A DNA stretch of 63,048 bases, counting the filler, from Octopus bimaculoides (Eukaryota), in NCBI RefSeq assembly GCF_001194135.2. It is 6 parts of 5 records of this genome, joined end to end, with 100 filler letters (N's around TTAATTAATTAA, not from the genome) between each part and the next. Parts side by side here need not be neighbours in the genome. Positions count along the whole stretch, not along the records: positions 58,907 to 63,048 come from NC_069003.1; 5 more parts are not named here. One strand, 5' to 3'. The notes under the pieces were generated by a model that worked only from the letters and a program-made list of their open reading frames with translations, did not search any database and was not told the DNA's origin. Both the position numbers and the translations under genes were made by a program. The stretch's first letter is position 1; each line of letters begins with the position of its first letter. Positions 61,901-63,048 of this stretch are shown here, piece after piece.

Positions 61901-63048
61901 ATGTACGAACGAACAATCAAACGATCGATGGAACGAACGTACCTACGTACGTAAGAACGAACGATCGTACGTACATACGAACGAACGAACGAATGAACGA
62001 AGAAACTAAATGAATAAACGAGCGAATGTACGAACGAACGAACGAACGTATGAAGGAACTAACGATTGAACGTACATACGCATGTATGTACTAACGAACG
62101 AACGAACGAAAGAACGAACGTACGTACGAACGATCGTACGTACGTGCGTCCATGGGAACTAACGAACTACGGACGTACTTACGAATTTACGTACGTACGT
62201 ACGAACGTACAAACGAACGTACATACGAAAGAACGAAGGAAGGAAAGAACTAACGAACGACCGAACGAAAGAACGTACGTGCGTACGTACAAAGAAGCAA
62301 ACGTTCCTTCAATCGTTCGGTCGTTCGTTCGTTCGTTTATTCATTTGGTTTCTTCGTTCATTCGTTCGTATGTACGTACGATCNNNNNNNNNNNNNNNNN
62401 NNNNNNNNNNNNNNNNNNNNNNNNNNNNNNNNNNNNNNNNNNNNNNNNNNNNNNNNNNNNNNNNNNNNNNNNNNNNNNNNNNNNNNNNNNNNNNNNNNNN
62501 NNNNNNNNNNNNNNNNNNNNNNNNNNNNNNNNNNNNNNNNNNNNNNNNNNNNNNNNNNNNNNNNNNNNNNNNNNNNNNNNNNNNNNNNNNNNNNNNNNNN
62601 NNNNNNNNNNNNNNNNNNNNNNNNNNNNNNNNNNNNNNNNNNNNNNNNNNNNNNNNNNNNNNNNNNNNNNNNNNNNNNNNNNNNNNNNNNACGTACCAAC
62701 ATTCGGATGAACGTTCGTTCGTACATACGGACGTATGTACGCACGTTCCTTAGTTCGCTCGATCGTACGTACGTACGTTTGTTTCTAGCTACTTACGTAC
62801 ACACGTACGTTCTTTCCTTCGTTCGTTCTTTCGTTAGTTCGTTATTTCGTATGTACGTTCGTACGTACATACGTCCATACGTACGTACGTACGTTCGTTC
62901 TTTCGCTCGTTACTTCGATAGTTCGTTCGTCCGCACGCAAGTACGTTCGTTCGTTCGTACCTACGTACGTAATTAGGATCGTTCGTCCGAACTAACGTAC
63001 GTACATACGTTCGTTCTTTCGCTCGTTACTTCGATAGTTCGTTCGTCC
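58907..63048. repeat. CpG-dense complex tetranucleotide satellite (ACGA/ACGT mosaic) with higher-order modules and internal inversions
   Basis: In-phase 4-nt words ACGA, ACGT, ACAT, ATGA, AAGA, ACAA, TCGA; recurrent 30-100 bp modules; orientation switches near 58990 and 62300. Confidence 0.95.

Noticed and set aside
58922-62976. Many overlapping RTYV/ERTN-rich ORFs in the satellite, or the satellite as a CRISPR array
   Set aside because: The 4-nt words rarely generate stop codons on either strand; there is no constant repeat with unique spacers and no cas genes.

Overview
AT-rich eukaryotic draft-assembly sequence, most likely an octopus or other cephalopod. That assignment is inferred from the tRNA-derived SINE types, the extreme microsatellite load and the transposon mix; no database search was run. 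About 7 kb is N (24 gaps, hand count). Five gaps carry an artificial TTAATTAATTAA linker, so contiguity across them is not guaranteed. I could not confidently identify any host protein-coding gene, rRNA, true tRNA or CRISPR array. Almost all long ORFs in the track come from microsatellites, N runs or repeats. The window is a layered transposon graveyard. It holds at least four tRNA-SINE families (labelled A-D here), LINE remnants (RTE, Tx1/L1-like, R4/Dong-like), Penelope-like remnants (RT, GIY-YIG, a decayed hammerhead), DD34D mariner and DD37D maT fossils, a hAT end and three Helitron-type pieces. The most unusual items are: (1) a >4 kb CpG-dense satellite at 58907-63048 written in in-phase 4-nt words, with shuffled higher-order modules and two strand inversions; (2) an RTE LINE tail with three tandem C2H2 fingers; (3) a palindromic mariner made of two 5' ends; (4) Penelope-linked hammerhead and hairpin relics; (5) several inverted SINE pairs. 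A few weak candidate host exons and promoter-like islands are reported only as hypotheses.
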